Shown piece after piece: positions 19,519 to 30,139 of a DNA stretch of 64,000 nt (positions are counted from its first letter, which is position 1; each line of letters starts with the position of its first letter). A program made the translations under genes and the position numbers. The DNA is from Candidatus Latescibacterota bacterium (GTDB lineage Bacteria; Latescibacterota; UBA2968), in assembly GCA_965198115.1 (NCBI GenBank), contig OZ240241.1:7328001-7392000 (forward strand), read 5' to 3'. The notes below the pieces were generated by a model. The model was not told the DNA's origin and did not search any database. It was given only the letters and a program-made list of their open reading frames with translations.

Positions 19519-20724
19519 TCACCCCGCGTCCGGACGCTTGATAAACCTCTCCCCACCCTTCAACCAATTGCCGGCGTGGATGCCCGGGTTGAATTCGTAG
19601 AGAGATTCTAAACCTTCGAGTGTCTCAAGACTCCCAATCTCTCGGAATACGTCTTCACCAGGGTCGTGCAGGTTGAATGTGTAGATACCCGAGACGCCAG
19701 CCTCCCAAGCGTTGGCCGCTTCTCCGCGCCAGATCGGGCCGAATAACGGATGTCCGCGCGCCATCCATCCGCCGGTTTCCTTGAGTGATTCAGGGTCGAG
19801 GAAGCTGCTTCGCTTCAGGCGAGAGGCGCTGATGCACGCATAGGTGGGCACGTCGTGACGCTTGCCCAGCTCTGCCCAGTTCTCCCACGGTTCCAGATGG
19901 TCGTAGCCGCCGCCGGCGACGATATCCACCAGATCTTCTGTCATCCAGCGCTCGATGTCGAAACCGATGGCTTTGGAATAGCCGACCGAGTCGAAGACGC
20001 GAACGACAATCAACAATGGGCGGCCCCGTTGCCGATCGACTTCGTCCGTCATACGCCGAACACGGGTGAGGAGATCGGTCATAAGGTCGCAGTGATCCTG
20101 GGTGACGGGGTCACCGGTCATCTGGGGACGAAAGTAATGGGGGTGGCGATAGAAATCGAGGTCGATGCCGTCGACGTCGTAATTCGTGCAGATGTCTTCG
20201 ATGACGCGAAACACTTTTTCTCGAACGAGGTCCTTCCCGTAGTCGAGACCCGACCACCTTCCACCTCCGTAGGGAGGAACCTCACCTGGTTTACCGAGGA
20301 GACAATCGGGGTGATCCTTCTTCCACTGGGGGAAAAATTCGGGTCGCTTGGCGTCGTGTGTGTCATTCATTCGAAACGACCGGAAAATTTCTATCCCGTT
20401 TGCGCGGCCGAAGTCGATCTTGAGCTGCAGGCCATCGTAACCCTGATCTTTCAGCGCCTTCGCCCAGTCGTGGACGGGTCCGCCCCCCAGGGACAGGTCG
20501 TACGATTCCCGATCCGGGTCGAGCTCGAAGAATTCTCCGGCCGTATTGTCGAGGATGGCGTCGACCTGAGATCCACCGAGAGGCCCGACCCGATACTTGA
20601 GGAAATTCTCGGGCGTCCTCGGCTCATCGTCCGGTGTCCGGGTCGTATCACCGCCGTCCGTGTTCATGAGGATGCGGCGAGGTCGGCGGGCTTCGCGTCG
20701 TCTTTGTTCGATGAACTCATCCAT
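19519..20724 (-). CDS. Glycoside-hydrolase-like TIM-barrel protein (GHL10/DUF187-like)
   Basis: NTDGGD, SFRMNDTH, LDYG...VRE, NYDVDGIDLDFYR, GIYTFN. Confidence 0.7.
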   Translation of the reverse strand: MDEFIEQRRREARRPRRILMNTDGGDTTRTPDDEPRTPENFLKYRVGPLGGSQVDAILDNTAGEFFELDPDRESYDLSLGGGPVHDWAKALKDQGYDGLQLKIDFGRANGIEIFRSFRMNDTHDAKRPEFFPQWKKDHPDCLLGKPGEVPPYGGGRWSGLDYGKDLVREKVFRVIEDICTNYDVDGIDLDFYRHPHYFRPQMTGDPVTQDHCDLMTDLLTRVRRMTDEVDRQRGRPLLIVVRVFDSVGYSKAIGFDIERWMTEDLVDIVAGGGYDHLEPWENWAELGKRHDVPTYACISASRLKRSSFLDPESLKETGGWMARGHPLFGPIWRGEAANAWEAGVSGIYTFNLHDPGEDVFREIGSLETLEGLESLYEFNPGIHAGNWLKGGERFIKRPDAG

Positions 20725-20739
20725 GACAGACAGGAATCC

Positions 20740-21867
20740 TCACTCAGGCTTCAGCCAGCGCCCTCTACGATCCCGGGCGTAGACAAATTGGCTGTCGTAA
20801 CGTTCGTCCCGGGTGTAACCCGAGTGGCCGCTTATCAGTTCGACCGCATAGGACTCGACCGCATCGTCGACGATGTCGATTCCGAGGCCGGGGCCCTCGG
20901 GAATCTTGATGTAGCTGTCGACGACCTCGGGCTGTGGCGCCATGATTTCGTAACGATAATGGGCATCGCCCGTGCGATGTTCCCAGATCAGGAAATTTGG
21001 TATTGTCGCGCAGAGGTGCAGGGAAGCGATTTCTCCGATCGGACCGAGCGAGCCGTCGTGCGGGGCGAACTGGATGTAGTGGGCTTCGGCCATGCCGGCA
21101 AGTTTCTTCATTTGGGTCAGTCCGCCGAATCGACCCGCATCGGGCTGGATCACGTCGACGATCTCTCGTTCGATCAACTCCTTGGCGCCGTAGATGAAAG
21201 CAAGTCGCTCACCGGCTGCGAGCGGGACGTTGATGGCCTCCGAGATGCGGGCAAGGGCATCCGGGTTTTCCGGAGCGACGGGCTCTTCGTAAAAGAAGAT
21301 GCCGTAGTCCTCGAGCACACGACCCATCGAAATGGCATCGCGTGTGGTCATCCAGGGCGGGCCGTGCAGATCGGCCATGATGTCGACGTCATCTCCGACT
21401 TCTGCCCGCATGTCGGCCACGCGCTTGGCCGCGCCTTCGACCCCGCCCATCTTCAGACCATTGTAGCCTTCATCGACCAACGCACGGGCCTTCTCCGGCG
21501 TGTCGGCGTGGGTGTAGCATCGGAGGGTTTCGCGCATCCGACCGCCCAACAGCTGCCAGACCGGCATGTCGAACGCTTTCCCCTTGATGTCCCAGAGGGC
21601 GGTTTCGATGGCCGCCATAGCGCCGCCCGCCACGATACCTGTCATGGCGTGCGACTGGAGAAACATCTTGCTCCAGCAGCGCTCGATGTTGAACGGGTCT
21701 TCACCGATGATGACCGTGGCCTTGTTGTGGATTTCGGTCTGTATGGCAGGCATGGCCGTGGCTTCCCCTACACCGTAGATACCCTCGTCCGTGAATACGC
21801 GGCAGAACAGGAATTTTCGTCCACCAGGCTCGCCGGCGGTGTAGGTCTTTACTTCTGTGATTTTCAT
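20740..21867 (-). CDS. MR/MLE acid-sugar dehydratase (galactonate dehydratase-like), paralog 1 of 3
   Basis: ETALWDIKGK, LKMGG, DLHG, YEEP, AGER, QPD, APHD. Confidence 0.9.
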   Translation of the reverse strand: MKITEVKTYTAGEPGGRKFLFCRVFTDEGIYGVGEATAMPAIQTEIHNKATVIIGEDPFNIERCWSKMFLQSHAMTGIVAGGAMAAIETALWDIKGKAFDMPVWQLLGGRMRETLRCYTHADTPEKARALVDEGYNGLKMGGVEGAAKRVADMRAEVGDDVDIMADLHGPPWMTTRDAISMGRVLEDYGIFFYEEPVAPENPDALARISEAINVPLAAGERLAFIYGAKELIEREIVDVIQPDAGRFGGLTQMKKLAGMAEAHYIQFAPHDGSLGPIGEIASLHLCATIPNFLIWEHRTGDAHYRYEIMAPQPEVVDSYIKIPEGPGLGIDIVDDAVESYAVELISGHSGYTRDERYDSQFVYARDRRGRWLKPE

Positions 21868-21951
21868 GACGTCCTCATTCCAGAGAAGAGGTTGTTCAAG
21901 AATCGCGGGTTGGTCGTCGTGGAGGCCATCCGACTGGTCAGAGAAAGCGAG

Positions 21952-23076
21952 TCACTCCGGGCGGAGCCAGCGTGCCCTTGGGAAACGTGCGTAAACATAT
22001 TGAGCTTTGTAGGTGTCGTCCTGAGCGTATGAGATGAAACCTCCCACCAGGTCACAAGCATACTGTTCGATCGCTTCGTCGACGAGGTCGACGCCCAGTC
22101 CGGGTCCTTCCGGGATGGTGATGTAGCTGTCGACGACCTCTGGTTGGGGCTCCATGACTTCATATCGGATCTGAACGTCTCCAGTCATGTGCTCCCAGAT
22201 GAGAAAGTTGGGAATCGCCGAACACAGGTGCAGCGAAGCGATCTCGCCCACGGGCCCAAGGGATCCGTCGTGGGGTGCGAACTGGATGTAGTGCGCCTCG
22301 GCCATGCCGGCCAGCTTCTTCAGTTGTGTGAGACCGCCAAAGCGACCCGCGTCGGGCTGGATGACATCGACGATTTCCCGTTCGATCAGTTCTCGTGCGC
22401 CGTAGATGTAGGCGAGACGTTCGCCAGCCGCGAGCGGAATGTTGATGGCGTCGGAGACACGGGCCATGGCCTCGACGTTCTCGGGGGCGACGGGTTCCTC
22501 GTAGAAGAAGACGCCGAACTCTTCGAGTCTCCTGCCCATCGAGATGGCATCGCGAGTCGTCATCCACGGCATGCCGTGCAGGTCGACCATGATGTCGATG
22601 TCGTCGCCCACTTCGTTGCGTATCGCGGTGATATCCCGGATGCAGTGTTCGATCCCTCCCATTTTGAGTCCGGTGTAACCCTCATCGACGACTTCGCGTG
22701 CCCGCTCAGCCGTTTCGGCGTGGGTGTAGGCACGGAGGCTTTCCCGCATTCGGCCACCGAGGAGCTGCCAAACGGGCATGCCGAAGGCCTTTCCCTTGAT
22801 GTCCCAGAGGGCCGTCTCGATAGCCGACATCGCGCCTGCCCCGACGATGCCGGACATCCCGTGGGTCATCAGGAACATCTTGCTCCAACAGCGCTCGATA
22901 TTGAAGGGGTCTTCGCCGATGAGGACGTTGCCCTTCTGATGAATCTCCGTCTGGATGCTTGGCCAGGCGGAGGCCTCGCCTACTCCGTAAATGCCTTCAT
23001 CGGTGAACACTCTGCAGAACAGGAAGTTTCGTCCGTTCTGACCGACGGAGTAGGTCTTGACTTCGGTGATCTTCAT
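21952..23076 (-). CDS. MR/MLE acid-sugar dehydratase, paralog 2 of 3
   Basis: Same motifs as paralog 1; start MKITEVK at 23076. Confidence 0.9.
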   Translation of the reverse strand: MKITEVKTYSVGQNGRNFLFCRVFTDEGIYGVGEASAWPSIQTEIHQKGNVLIGEDPFNIERCWSKMFLMTHGMSGIVGAGAMSAIETALWDIKGKAFGMPVWQLLGGRMRESLRAYTHAETAERAREVVDEGYTGLKMGGIEHCIRDITAIRNEVGDDIDIMVDLHGMPWMTTRDAISMGRRLEEFGVFFYEEPVAPENVEAMARVSDAINIPLAAGERLAYIYGARELIEREIVDVIQPDAGRFGGLTQLKKLAGMAEAHYIQFAPHDGSLGPVGEIASLHLCSAIPNFLIWEHMTGDVQIRYEVMEPQPEVVDSYITIPEGPGLGVDLVDEAIEQYACDLVGGFISYAQDDTYKAQYVYARFPRARWLRPE

Positions 23077-23165
23077 GGGGGCCCTCATTCAAGAACGCGT
23101 TCTTCAACCATCATGTGGATGGTCGTCCTGACACCATCCGACTCCGGGTCAATGAGGATGCGGAT

Positions 23166-24334
23166 TCACTCCGGCGGAGCCAGCGCGCTCTCGGGAAACG
23201 TGCGTAGACATACTGCGCGTTGTAGGTGTTGTCCTGGGTGTAGCCAGCGAAACTGACGAGATCGGTTGCGTATTTCTCGACGGCGTCATCGACGAGGTCG
23301 ACCCCCAGTCCGGGTCCGTCCGGAATGACCATGTAGCCGTCCACGACCTCCGGCTGTGGGGCCATGATCTCGTAGCGACACTGAACGTCCATGGTCAAAT
23401 GCTCCCAGATAAGGAAATTGGGGATCGCAGAACACAGGTGGAGGGACGCGATTTCCCCCACGGGTCCGAGGGAGCCGTCGTGGGGCGCGACCTGGATGTA
23501 GTGTGCCTCGGCCATGCCCGCCAGCTTTTTCAGTTGAGAGAAACCCCCGAAGCGCCCTGCGTCGGGTTGAATGACGTCGACGATTTCTCGCTCGATCAGT
23601 TCACGCGCACCGTAGATGTAGGCGAGCCGCTCGCCGGCTGCCAGCGGGATATTGATCGCGTCGGAAACGCGGGCGAGGGCCTCGACGTTTTCTGGGGCGA
23701 CCGGTTCTTCATAAAAGAAAACACCGAACTCTTCGAGTCTCCGGCCCATCGAAATGGCATCGCGCGTCGTCATCCACGGCATGCCGTGCAGGTCGACCAT
23801 GATGTCGATGTCGTCTCCGACTTCCTTCCGAACCGCGGTGATATTGCGGACAATGTGTTCGATTCCGCCCATCTTGAGCGCACCATAGCCCTCATCCACG
23901 AGCTCTCGTGCTTTCTCGGCTAAAGCCATCGTTTCGCGACGACCCTCAAGATCGTGCCACGCGTGCCCGAGGGCGGCGTGCGTGTAGCAACGAAGCCGCT
24001 CACGCATCCGGCCGCCCAGAAGCTGCCAGACGGGCATCCCGAATGCCTTTCCCTTGAGGTCCCACAGAGCCGTCTCGATGGCCGACATGGCTCCTGCGCC
24101 GACGATGCCGGACATGCCGTGGGTCATCAGGAACATCTTGCTCCAACAGCGCTCGATGTTGAACGGGTCTTCACCAATGATGACGTTTGCCTTTTGATGA
24201 ATCTCGGTCTGGATGCTGGGCCAGGCCGAAGCTTCACCGAGTCCATAGAGCCCTTCGTCCGTGAAGACTTTGCAGAACAGGAAGTTCCGGCCTCGTTCTC
24301 CTGGTGTGTAGGTTTTGACTTCGGTGATTTTCAT
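23166..24334 (-). CDS. MR/MLE acid-sugar dehydratase, paralog 3 of 3 (1-nt deletion just before the stop)
   Basis: Same motifs. CTCCGCCGGAGTGA here versus CTCCGCCCGGAGTGA in paralog 2 implies a true end WLRPE* at 23166; the ORF track reads through to 23111. Confidence 0.88.
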
Positions 24335-24450
24335 GACGTACCCGATCGCCTTTTGAAGGGAACCACAGAAAACACGGAAGGGTGGGTGCTACGGGAATCC
24401 AGGCCCTATTCGGGAAAATGAATGGGATGTCGGGAAAAGTAGAGCAGTCT

Positions 24451-25236
24451 TTAGGCCTTCTCGAAGACGCAGCCGTGGAAAAGCGACCGTCGCTCCGGTG
24501 ACAGACGCTCGTAGAAAGACCTATGATAACTGAAGTGTTCGTCGTTGGCGAGCATCCAGGGATGCTCGTAGGCGTAGTAGAGCATCAGGCGTTTGCCATT
24601 CGATTTGGTGAATGGACCACGGGTATGCCAGACGGCGTTGTGAAACATGACAGCCGTGCCAGCGGGAACGCAGACCTGGAAGGCACCTGGGATCGAGTCG
24701 AAGCCTTCGAGTTGACCATGGTCTGGATCCGCATCAGCTCTATGTGACCCTGGGACCAGGGTGAGATTGCCCTGATCGGGTTGGGTCATGTCGGAAAGGA
24801 AATAAGCGATTTTGAGCTGGAGGTGGGGGATGCCGGGTCGGAGCTCGCGGTAGCCGGAATCGTGGCCGTCGATGTGCCATCCGGGTGGGCGATCTGGCGT
24901 GGGTTCGGTTTCCCAGTACGCGTCGGAAGCGTGGAAATGGGGCTGCGGGTTGAGGAGCCCACGCACGTAGGGCATGATCGGAGGATGGTCGATGAGTTCC
25001 GTGAAGAGAGGATCGTCGTTGAGGATGTGGAAGATGCGCGTGTTAGCGCCAGCGATCTGCGTGCGTCCCTGATGCGGCTGGCCCCCCTCGTGCATGCAAC
25101 GACGGCGCTCGATCACAGCGTGAAGCCGATCGGTCAGGCACTCTACGAGATCTGGGGCCAAGACTCCCTCGACGACGAGGTAACCGTCGCGTTCGAACGC
25201 CTCGTGCTCAGTTTGGGTCAGATGTGCGTCGCTCAT
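24451..25236 (-). CDS. Phytanoyl-CoA dioxygenase (PhyH) family Fe/2OG enzyme
   Basis: FERDGYLVV, WHIDG (HxD), VPGSH, WHTRG, distal R. Confidence 0.9.
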   Translation of the reverse strand: MSDAHLTQTEHEAFERDGYLVVEGVLAPDLVECLTDRLHAVIERRRCMHEGGQPHQGRTQIAGANTRIFHILNDDPLFTELIDHPPIMPYVRGLLNPQPHFHASDAYWETEPTPDRPPGWHIDGHDSGYRELRPGIPHLQLKIAYFLSDMTQPDQGNLTLVPGSHRADADPDHGQLEGFDSIPGAFQVCVPAGTAVMFHNAVWHTRGPFTKSNGKRLMLYYAYEHPWMLANDEHFSYHRSFYERLSPERRSLFHGCVFEKA

Positions 25237-25405
25237 GAATCCTACTATCGCTCGTCAGTGCTCATGCTCCGAACTGGAGTTCACGGAGAGAAGCCGAAGC
25301 AAAGCCCACCGCTCATCCCGAGTGACCATCTTGCTACGCCGGCAACGCGGAGCTGCTCAAAGAAGACAGAGTAAGGTCGTATCGAAGGACGAACGGTGTC
25401 ACACC

Positions 25406-26566
25406 CTACACCGCAATTGCCTCCACCCATTTCATATCAATATCCTGACCGAACCCCGGCGCATCGCTGGGAACCAGCGATCCATCCTCGATGACCTGTG
25501 TGCCCGGAATGGCCACCATGTCTTCCAGCTTGACGCCCGGTGCAGAGACGCCTCCTGATCGTTCGCCCCACGGGATAGCGGGCATCGCATAGGCGAGGTG
25601 CTGGCCGTATGGCCAGTTCATGCCGCCGTGCGTGATGACGGAGAGGCCAGCTGCTTCGGCCATGTGACAGATTCGTACGCCGCACGAGATGCCACCCGTC
25701 CAGAGCAGATCCGGCTGCAGGATGTCGACGTATTTCTTCTGGATGGCGGACGAAAATGTCTGAGGAAGATACCAGTGTTCGCCGGTTGCCAGACCTGACC
25801 ACGGGAGGCGTTCGCGAACCTGTGCGAATCCTTCGAAGTCTTCAGGCATGAGGTAATCCTCGATCCACTTGAGCCTGTAGGGTCTCAGGGCTTCGGCAAC
25901 TCGGACCGTGTATTCGACGTCCAGCGCCATCCAGCAGTCCAGCATGAGTTCCACGTCGTCGCCCATCAGCTTTCGAGCAGCGACGACCTGGTCCTCCGTC
26001 TTTCGGATGCCCTCCAGACCGTCAACCGGACTGTACTGCATGGGCAGCTTGATCGCTTTGAATCCAAGCTCGAGATACCATTCGACGTCGAAGCCAGTGG
26101 CGTAGCAGGTGATCGTTTCTTTCTGCGGTCCGCCGAGGAGTTCGTAGACGGGCCGGCCAAGGATTTTCCCTTTCAGATCCCACAGCGCCAGATCGACGGC
26201 GCTGATGGCGTAGCTGCCCATCCCATAGCCACCGTAGACGGATGCGATTCGACACATGACGTCGAATGCCTTCTCGGTCGCCATGCAGTTCTCGCCTTCG
26301 AGATGGGGGGCGAAGTGGTCGTTGATGATCCGGACGACGGGGGCGGAAAAGGCGGACACGCCGAAACCGAACGTGCCGTCTTCGGCAGTGACGACACAGG
26401 CCGTGCTTCGCCACGGTGGTGTCCAGGACGAGCGCTTGCCCTGATAGGCCGGATAGCGCGCCATCGGACTGGCAGGCTCCCGGCCCTCGTGGAGGTAGCG
26501 GTTGCGCGGTTTCGCGCCGCCTTTCCGATAGTCGGCTTCGAATGCCTCGATCGATTTGATTTTCAT
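25406..26566 (-). CDS. rhmD: L-rhamnonate dehydratase-like MR/MLE enzyme
   Basis: SPMARYPAY..KRSSW N-terminus, AIKLP, LDCWMAL, WIED, TGEH, QPD, THGG. Substrate not proven. Confidence 0.75.
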   Translation of the reverse strand: MKIKSIEAFEADYRKGGAKPRNRYLHEGREPASPMARYPAYQGKRSSWTPPWRSTACVVTAEDGTFGFGVSAFSAPVVRIINDHFAPHLEGENCMATEKAFDVMCRIASVYGGYGMGSYAISAVDLALWDLKGKILGRPVYELLGGPQKETITCYATGFDVEWYLELGFKAIKLPMQYSPVDGLEGIRKTEDQVVAARKLMGDDVELMLDCWMALDVEYTVRVAEALRPYRLKWIEDYLMPEDFEGFAQVRERLPWSGLATGEHWYLPQTFSSAIQKKYVDILQPDLLWTGGISCGVRICHMAEAAGLSVITHGGMNWPYGQHLAYAMPAIPWGERSGGVSAPGVKLEDMVAIPGTQVIEDGSLVPSDAPGFGQDIDMKWVEAIAV

Positions 26567-26598
26567 CTTTTCACGAAAGGAAAATACCCCGCTGAGTT

Positions 26599-26626
26599 GT
26601 AGGGACGGTTCGCGAACCGTCCCTAC
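26599..26626. repeat. Perfect 28-bp GTAG-type REP palindrome
   Basis: GTAGGGACGGTTCG|CGAACCGTCCCTAC. Confidence 0.9.
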
Positions 26627-26643
26627 TCGGACCTGGGGGAGAG

Positions 26644-27654
26644 CTACTCACTATCTACGACCTGCATTGCGGCGTGGATGTAGCCGTAGCTGTAGCCGAA
26701 GCCGACTTCGCGCGGGGCGGGACCCGAGAGTACGGGGACGTGGTCGGGCATGATCATGTAGGGATAGCCCACTTCCTTATAGACACGCAGCGCATCGATC
26801 ATGTCGATGTCGCCCTCGTCGGGGAAAACCTCGGAGAAGTCATTGAGGCCGCCCTTGATGTTCCGAAAGTGGACATTGAAGATCTTCTTCCGCTCGCCGA
26901 ACCAGCGGATGACGTCGAAGATCTCTTCACCGGGGTTTTCGAGCGCTTCTGACATGCAACCCTGGCAGAAGTTCAGGCCGTTGTAGTCGCTGTCGTACAT
27001 CTGAACGAACTTCTTGAAGCCCTCGGGCATGCCAAGTGGGCGCGCAACCTCTCGGTAGGTGTTGTTCATGCCGATGCCAGGGTCGGATGGATGGCAACAC
27101 ATCTGGATCTTGTGCTCTTCGGCTACGGGAATCACTTTCTGCAGCCAGTAGTCGATGCGTTCCCACATCGTGTCCAGATCCGCTGCGCCACCTTCGAATT
27201 CTCCCGACGAGTGATCCATCTCGTCGAACTTGAACGTGGAGAGGCTGGCGCCGCCGCGACCCGTCGTACGTTCGGTTCTCATGTGGCCGAGAACGGTAAT
27301 GTTGTACTGGAGCCCCCGTAGACCGGCTTCGTTGGCCATCTTGATGACTTCGTGCACGCGATCGATCGCACGTTCACGTTCATCGCTCGCCCCGAGGAAG
27401 ATGACACCGGCGTAGTTGTCGTTCGCACGTTCATCGAGGTTGCCGGATATGGCGGGGCGCCCTCGCAGCGGCAGATGTGTCAGTTCCATGTTGATACCGA
27501 ACTTCGCGCACTGTTCACGCATGCGTACGAATGTATCCGTCGTCCATTCGGTCCACGGTTCCGCCGGGGTGATGTCGACATTGTTGACGCCGAGCTGCGA
27601 CAGGACCTGCAGGTCCTCGTCCGTTCTGAAACCACCTTGCGTACCGATGTACAT
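26644..27654 (-). CDS. uxuA: Mannonate dehydratase (UxuA)-like, paralog 1 of 4
   Basis: HPSDP, GLNFCQG, HFRNI, FPDEGD, PDHVP; start MYIGTQ after SD AGGAGG. Confidence 0.85.
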   Translation of the reverse strand: MYIGTQGGFRTDEDLQVLSQLGVNNVDITPAEPWTEWTTDTFVRMREQCAKFGINMELTHLPLRGRPAISGNLDERANDNYAGVIFLGASDERERAIDRVHEVIKMANEAGLRGLQYNITVLGHMRTERTTGRGGASLSTFKFDEMDHSSGEFEGGAADLDTMWERIDYWLQKVIPVAEEHKIQMCCHPSDPGIGMNNTYREVARPLGMPEGFKKFVQMYDSDYNGLNFCQGCMSEALENPGEEIFDVIRWFGERKKIFNVHFRNIKGGLNDFSEVFPDEGDIDMIDALRVYKEVGYPYMIMPDHVPVLSGPAPREVGFGYSYGYIHAAMQVVDSE

Positions 27655-27786
27655 TATTCCTCCTGGTAACGATGAATCAGAGACTTCCAACGCAGAGAAC
27701 GCGGAGATTTCCGGTCATAGACCGGAACCAGATAGAGACGCATAACCACGCCTGCTCGCCTCTTCGCCCGCTCCCTTTACAGGCTA

Positions 27787-28794
27787 CTAGTTATCGACCA
27801 CCTGCATCGCGGCGTGGATGTAGCCGTAGGCGTAGGCCATTCCGACCTCTCGGGGGGCGGGGCCAGTCATCCTCGGTACGTGATCGGGCATGACCATGTA
27901 TTCGTAGCCAACGTCCTTGTAGACCTGGAGCGCCTTCAGCATGTCGATATCGCCTTCGTCAGGGAAGACTTCGACAAAGTCATTGAGTCCACCCTTGATG
28001 TTCCGGAAGTGGACGTTGAAGATCTTCTTCCGTTCGCCGAAATAGCGGATGACGTCGAAGATCTCCTCGCCTGGATTTTCGAGCGCCTCGGACATGCAGC
28101 CCTGGCAGAAATTGAGTCCGTTGTAGGAACTGTCGTAGAGTTCTATGAATCTCTTGAATCCTTCGGGCATCCCCATAGGCCGAGCGACCCCGCGATAAGT
28201 GTTGTCCATCCCGATGCCGGGATCGGACGGGTGACAGCCCATCTGCACTTTGTACTCCTCGGCGACGGGGATCACTTTCTGCAGCCAGTAGTCGATCCGC
28301 TCGAGCATCGTGTCCGTGTCCGCAGCGCCTTGTTCGAACTCTCCCTTCGACTGATCGAGCTTGTCGAACACGAACGTCGACAGCCCGGCGCCGCCGCGGC
28401 CCGTCGTGGATTCGGTCCGCATGTGACCGAGGATGGTGATGTTATACATGAGGCCGCGCAATCCGGCCTCCCCGGCCATTCGGATGGTGTCGCAAACGCG
28501 ATCGATGGCGCGCTCACGTTCGTCGCTTGGACCAAGGAAGATCGCGCCTCCCTCGTTCTCGTTCTTGGGGTTGTCAAGGTTTCCGGGGATCGCGACTCGC
28601 CCCGACAGCGGCAGGTGCATCATTTCCATGCTGATCCCGTAGCTGTCGCACTTCTCGCGCATGGAGACCAGCAACTCCGTCGACCAGTCGGCCCACGGCT
28701 CAGTCGGACTCTGGGCGATGTGATTCACACCCAGTTGTGATAGGACTTTGAGCTCTTCGTCTTCGTGGGGGACACCCTGTGTACCGATGTACAT
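27787..28794 (-). CDS. uxuA: UxuA-like, paralog 2 of 4
   Basis: Same motifs as paralog 1. Confidence 0.85.
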   Translation of the reverse strand: MYIGTQGVPHEDEELKVLSQLGVNHIAQSPTEPWADWSTELLVSMREKCDSYGISMEMMHLPLSGRVAIPGNLDNPKNENEGGAIFLGPSDERERAIDRVCDTIRMAGEAGLRGLMYNITILGHMRTESTTGRGGAGLSTFVFDKLDQSKGEFEQGAADTDTMLERIDYWLQKVIPVAEEYKVQMGCHPSDPGIGMDNTYRGVARPMGMPEGFKRFIELYDSSYNGLNFCQGCMSEALENPGEEIFDVIRYFGERKKIFNVHFRNIKGGLNDFVEVFPDEGDIDMLKALQVYKDVGYEYMVMPDHVPRMTGPAPREVGMAYAYGYIHAAMQVVDN

Positions 28795-28860
28795 GTCTAT
28801 CGCGCTCCTTTAAGCTAAGGATCGCCGTAATGCGAGTATCATTTGGTTCAGCGATTGAGT

Positions 28861-29051
28861 TGTCAGAGTCCCCTCCTGGGGAGGGGACCAGTGTTCAGGG
28901 TTGCGCTCTGCTCGAATCGTTTTCGCTATCCTGCTCCGAAGCTCCTCCAGTCACGAGAGGGGATCCCTCGGCACATTCAATGTTTCGGTGATTGGGCGCC
29001 TCTCCATTCCTAAAGGTGCCTCGGGATGACAGCCGACTGCGTCGGCTGTCA
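28861..29051. repeat. Composite palindromic element downstream of UxuA paralog 3
   Basis: TGACAGCCGAC-tgc-GTCGGCTGTCA over the stop codon; GGGATCCCTCGGCAC...GTGCCTCGGGATGACA; GTCCCCTCCTGGGGAGGGGAC. Homologous to 30140-30389. Confidence 0.75.
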
Positions 29052-30062
29052 CTTCTCTCCCACAGCCTGCAGCATGGCGTGGATATACCCGAACGTGTAG
29101 GCGAACGCGACTTTGCCGGGTTCGGGGCCAGAGATCCCGGGAACGTGGTCGGGCATGACCATGTGGGGATAGTCCACATCCTTGAGTGCCTGCATGACCT
29201 TGAGCATGTCGACATGGCCTTCATCCGGAAAGACTTCGACGAAATTGCGAAGCCCGCCTCTGATGTTTCGGTAATGGATGTTGAAGATCTTTTTCCGCTC
29301 ACCGAAGTAGCGAATGACGTCGTAGACATTCTCGCCCGGGTTTTCGAGCGCTTCCGACATGCAGCCGACGCAGAAGTTGATGCCGTTGTAGGGGCTGTCA
29401 TAGAGGTCAACCATCTTCTTGAATCCTTCGACCATGCCCATCACGCGTTCGACGCCGCGATATGTCGTCCCTACGCCTATGCCGGGATCCGACGGGTGAC
29501 ACGCCATCTGGACTTTATGCTCCTCCGCAACGGGGATGACGCGCTGAAGCCAGTGGTCGATGCGCTCCCACATCTCATCCTCGTCGGCAGCTCCGTCCTC
29601 GAACTCGGTGTCCTTAGCTCCCAGTGGATCGCCGGCGCGGCCTTTTTCGACAAACTCGTCATAGTTGAACGTGGATAGGCGTGCCCCGCCGCGCCCGGTC
29701 GTGCTCGTCGTCCGCATGTGGCCTAGGGGCGTGGCGTTGTAGTTGAGGCCCCTCAGACCCGCCTCGCTGGCCATCCTGATGATGTCGCAGACGAGATCGA
29801 TCTGGCGTTCCCGCTCGTCGCTCGGTCCGTGGAAGACCTTTCCGGTGACGGGATCGTTCATCGAGTTGCCCGAGCTGATGACGTGGGTCATCTCCATGTT
29901 GATTCCGAATTTGCCGCACCGTTCGCGGTGGCTCGTCAGGAGATCAGTCGTCCACTCGTTCTGGGGTTCCTTCGGCGTCGTGTCGATGTTGTTGACGCCC
30001 AGCTGCGAGAGCTGAATGAGGTCGTGATCTTCTGGAAAACTGCCTTGTGTTCCGATATACAT
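29049..30062 (-). CDS. uxuA: UxuA-like, paralog 3 of 4
   Basis: HPSDP, GINFCVG, HYRNI, PDHVP. Confidence 0.85.
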   Translation of the reverse strand: MYIGTQGSFPEDHDLIQLSQLGVNNIDTTPKEPQNEWTTDLLTSHRERCGKFGINMEMTHVISSGNSMNDPVTGKVFHGPSDERERQIDLVCDIIRMASEAGLRGLNYNATPLGHMRTTSTTGRGGARLSTFNYDEFVEKGRAGDPLGAKDTEFEDGAADEDEMWERIDHWLQRVIPVAEEHKVQMACHPSDPGIGVGTTYRGVERVMGMVEGFKKMVDLYDSPYNGINFCVGCMSEALENPGENVYDVIRYFGERKKIFNIHYRNIRGGLRNFVEVFPDEGHVDMLKVMQALKDVDYPHMVMPDHVPGISGPEPGKVAFAYTFGYIHAMLQAVGEK

Positions 30063-30139
30063 CTATTCCTCCTGCTTATGAGAGCATATGCAACTACGAA
30101 ATGGACACTAAGTGATCACGAAGCCGCCTGGGAGTAGAT

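Noticed and set aside
19855-22032. 725-aa plus-strand ORF and other long antisense ORFs (12530..14272, 16036..17238, 22144..23256, 45794..46900, 62346..63455)
   Set aside because: Shadow frames opposite well-supported genes in GC-rich DNA, with no recognisable motifs.
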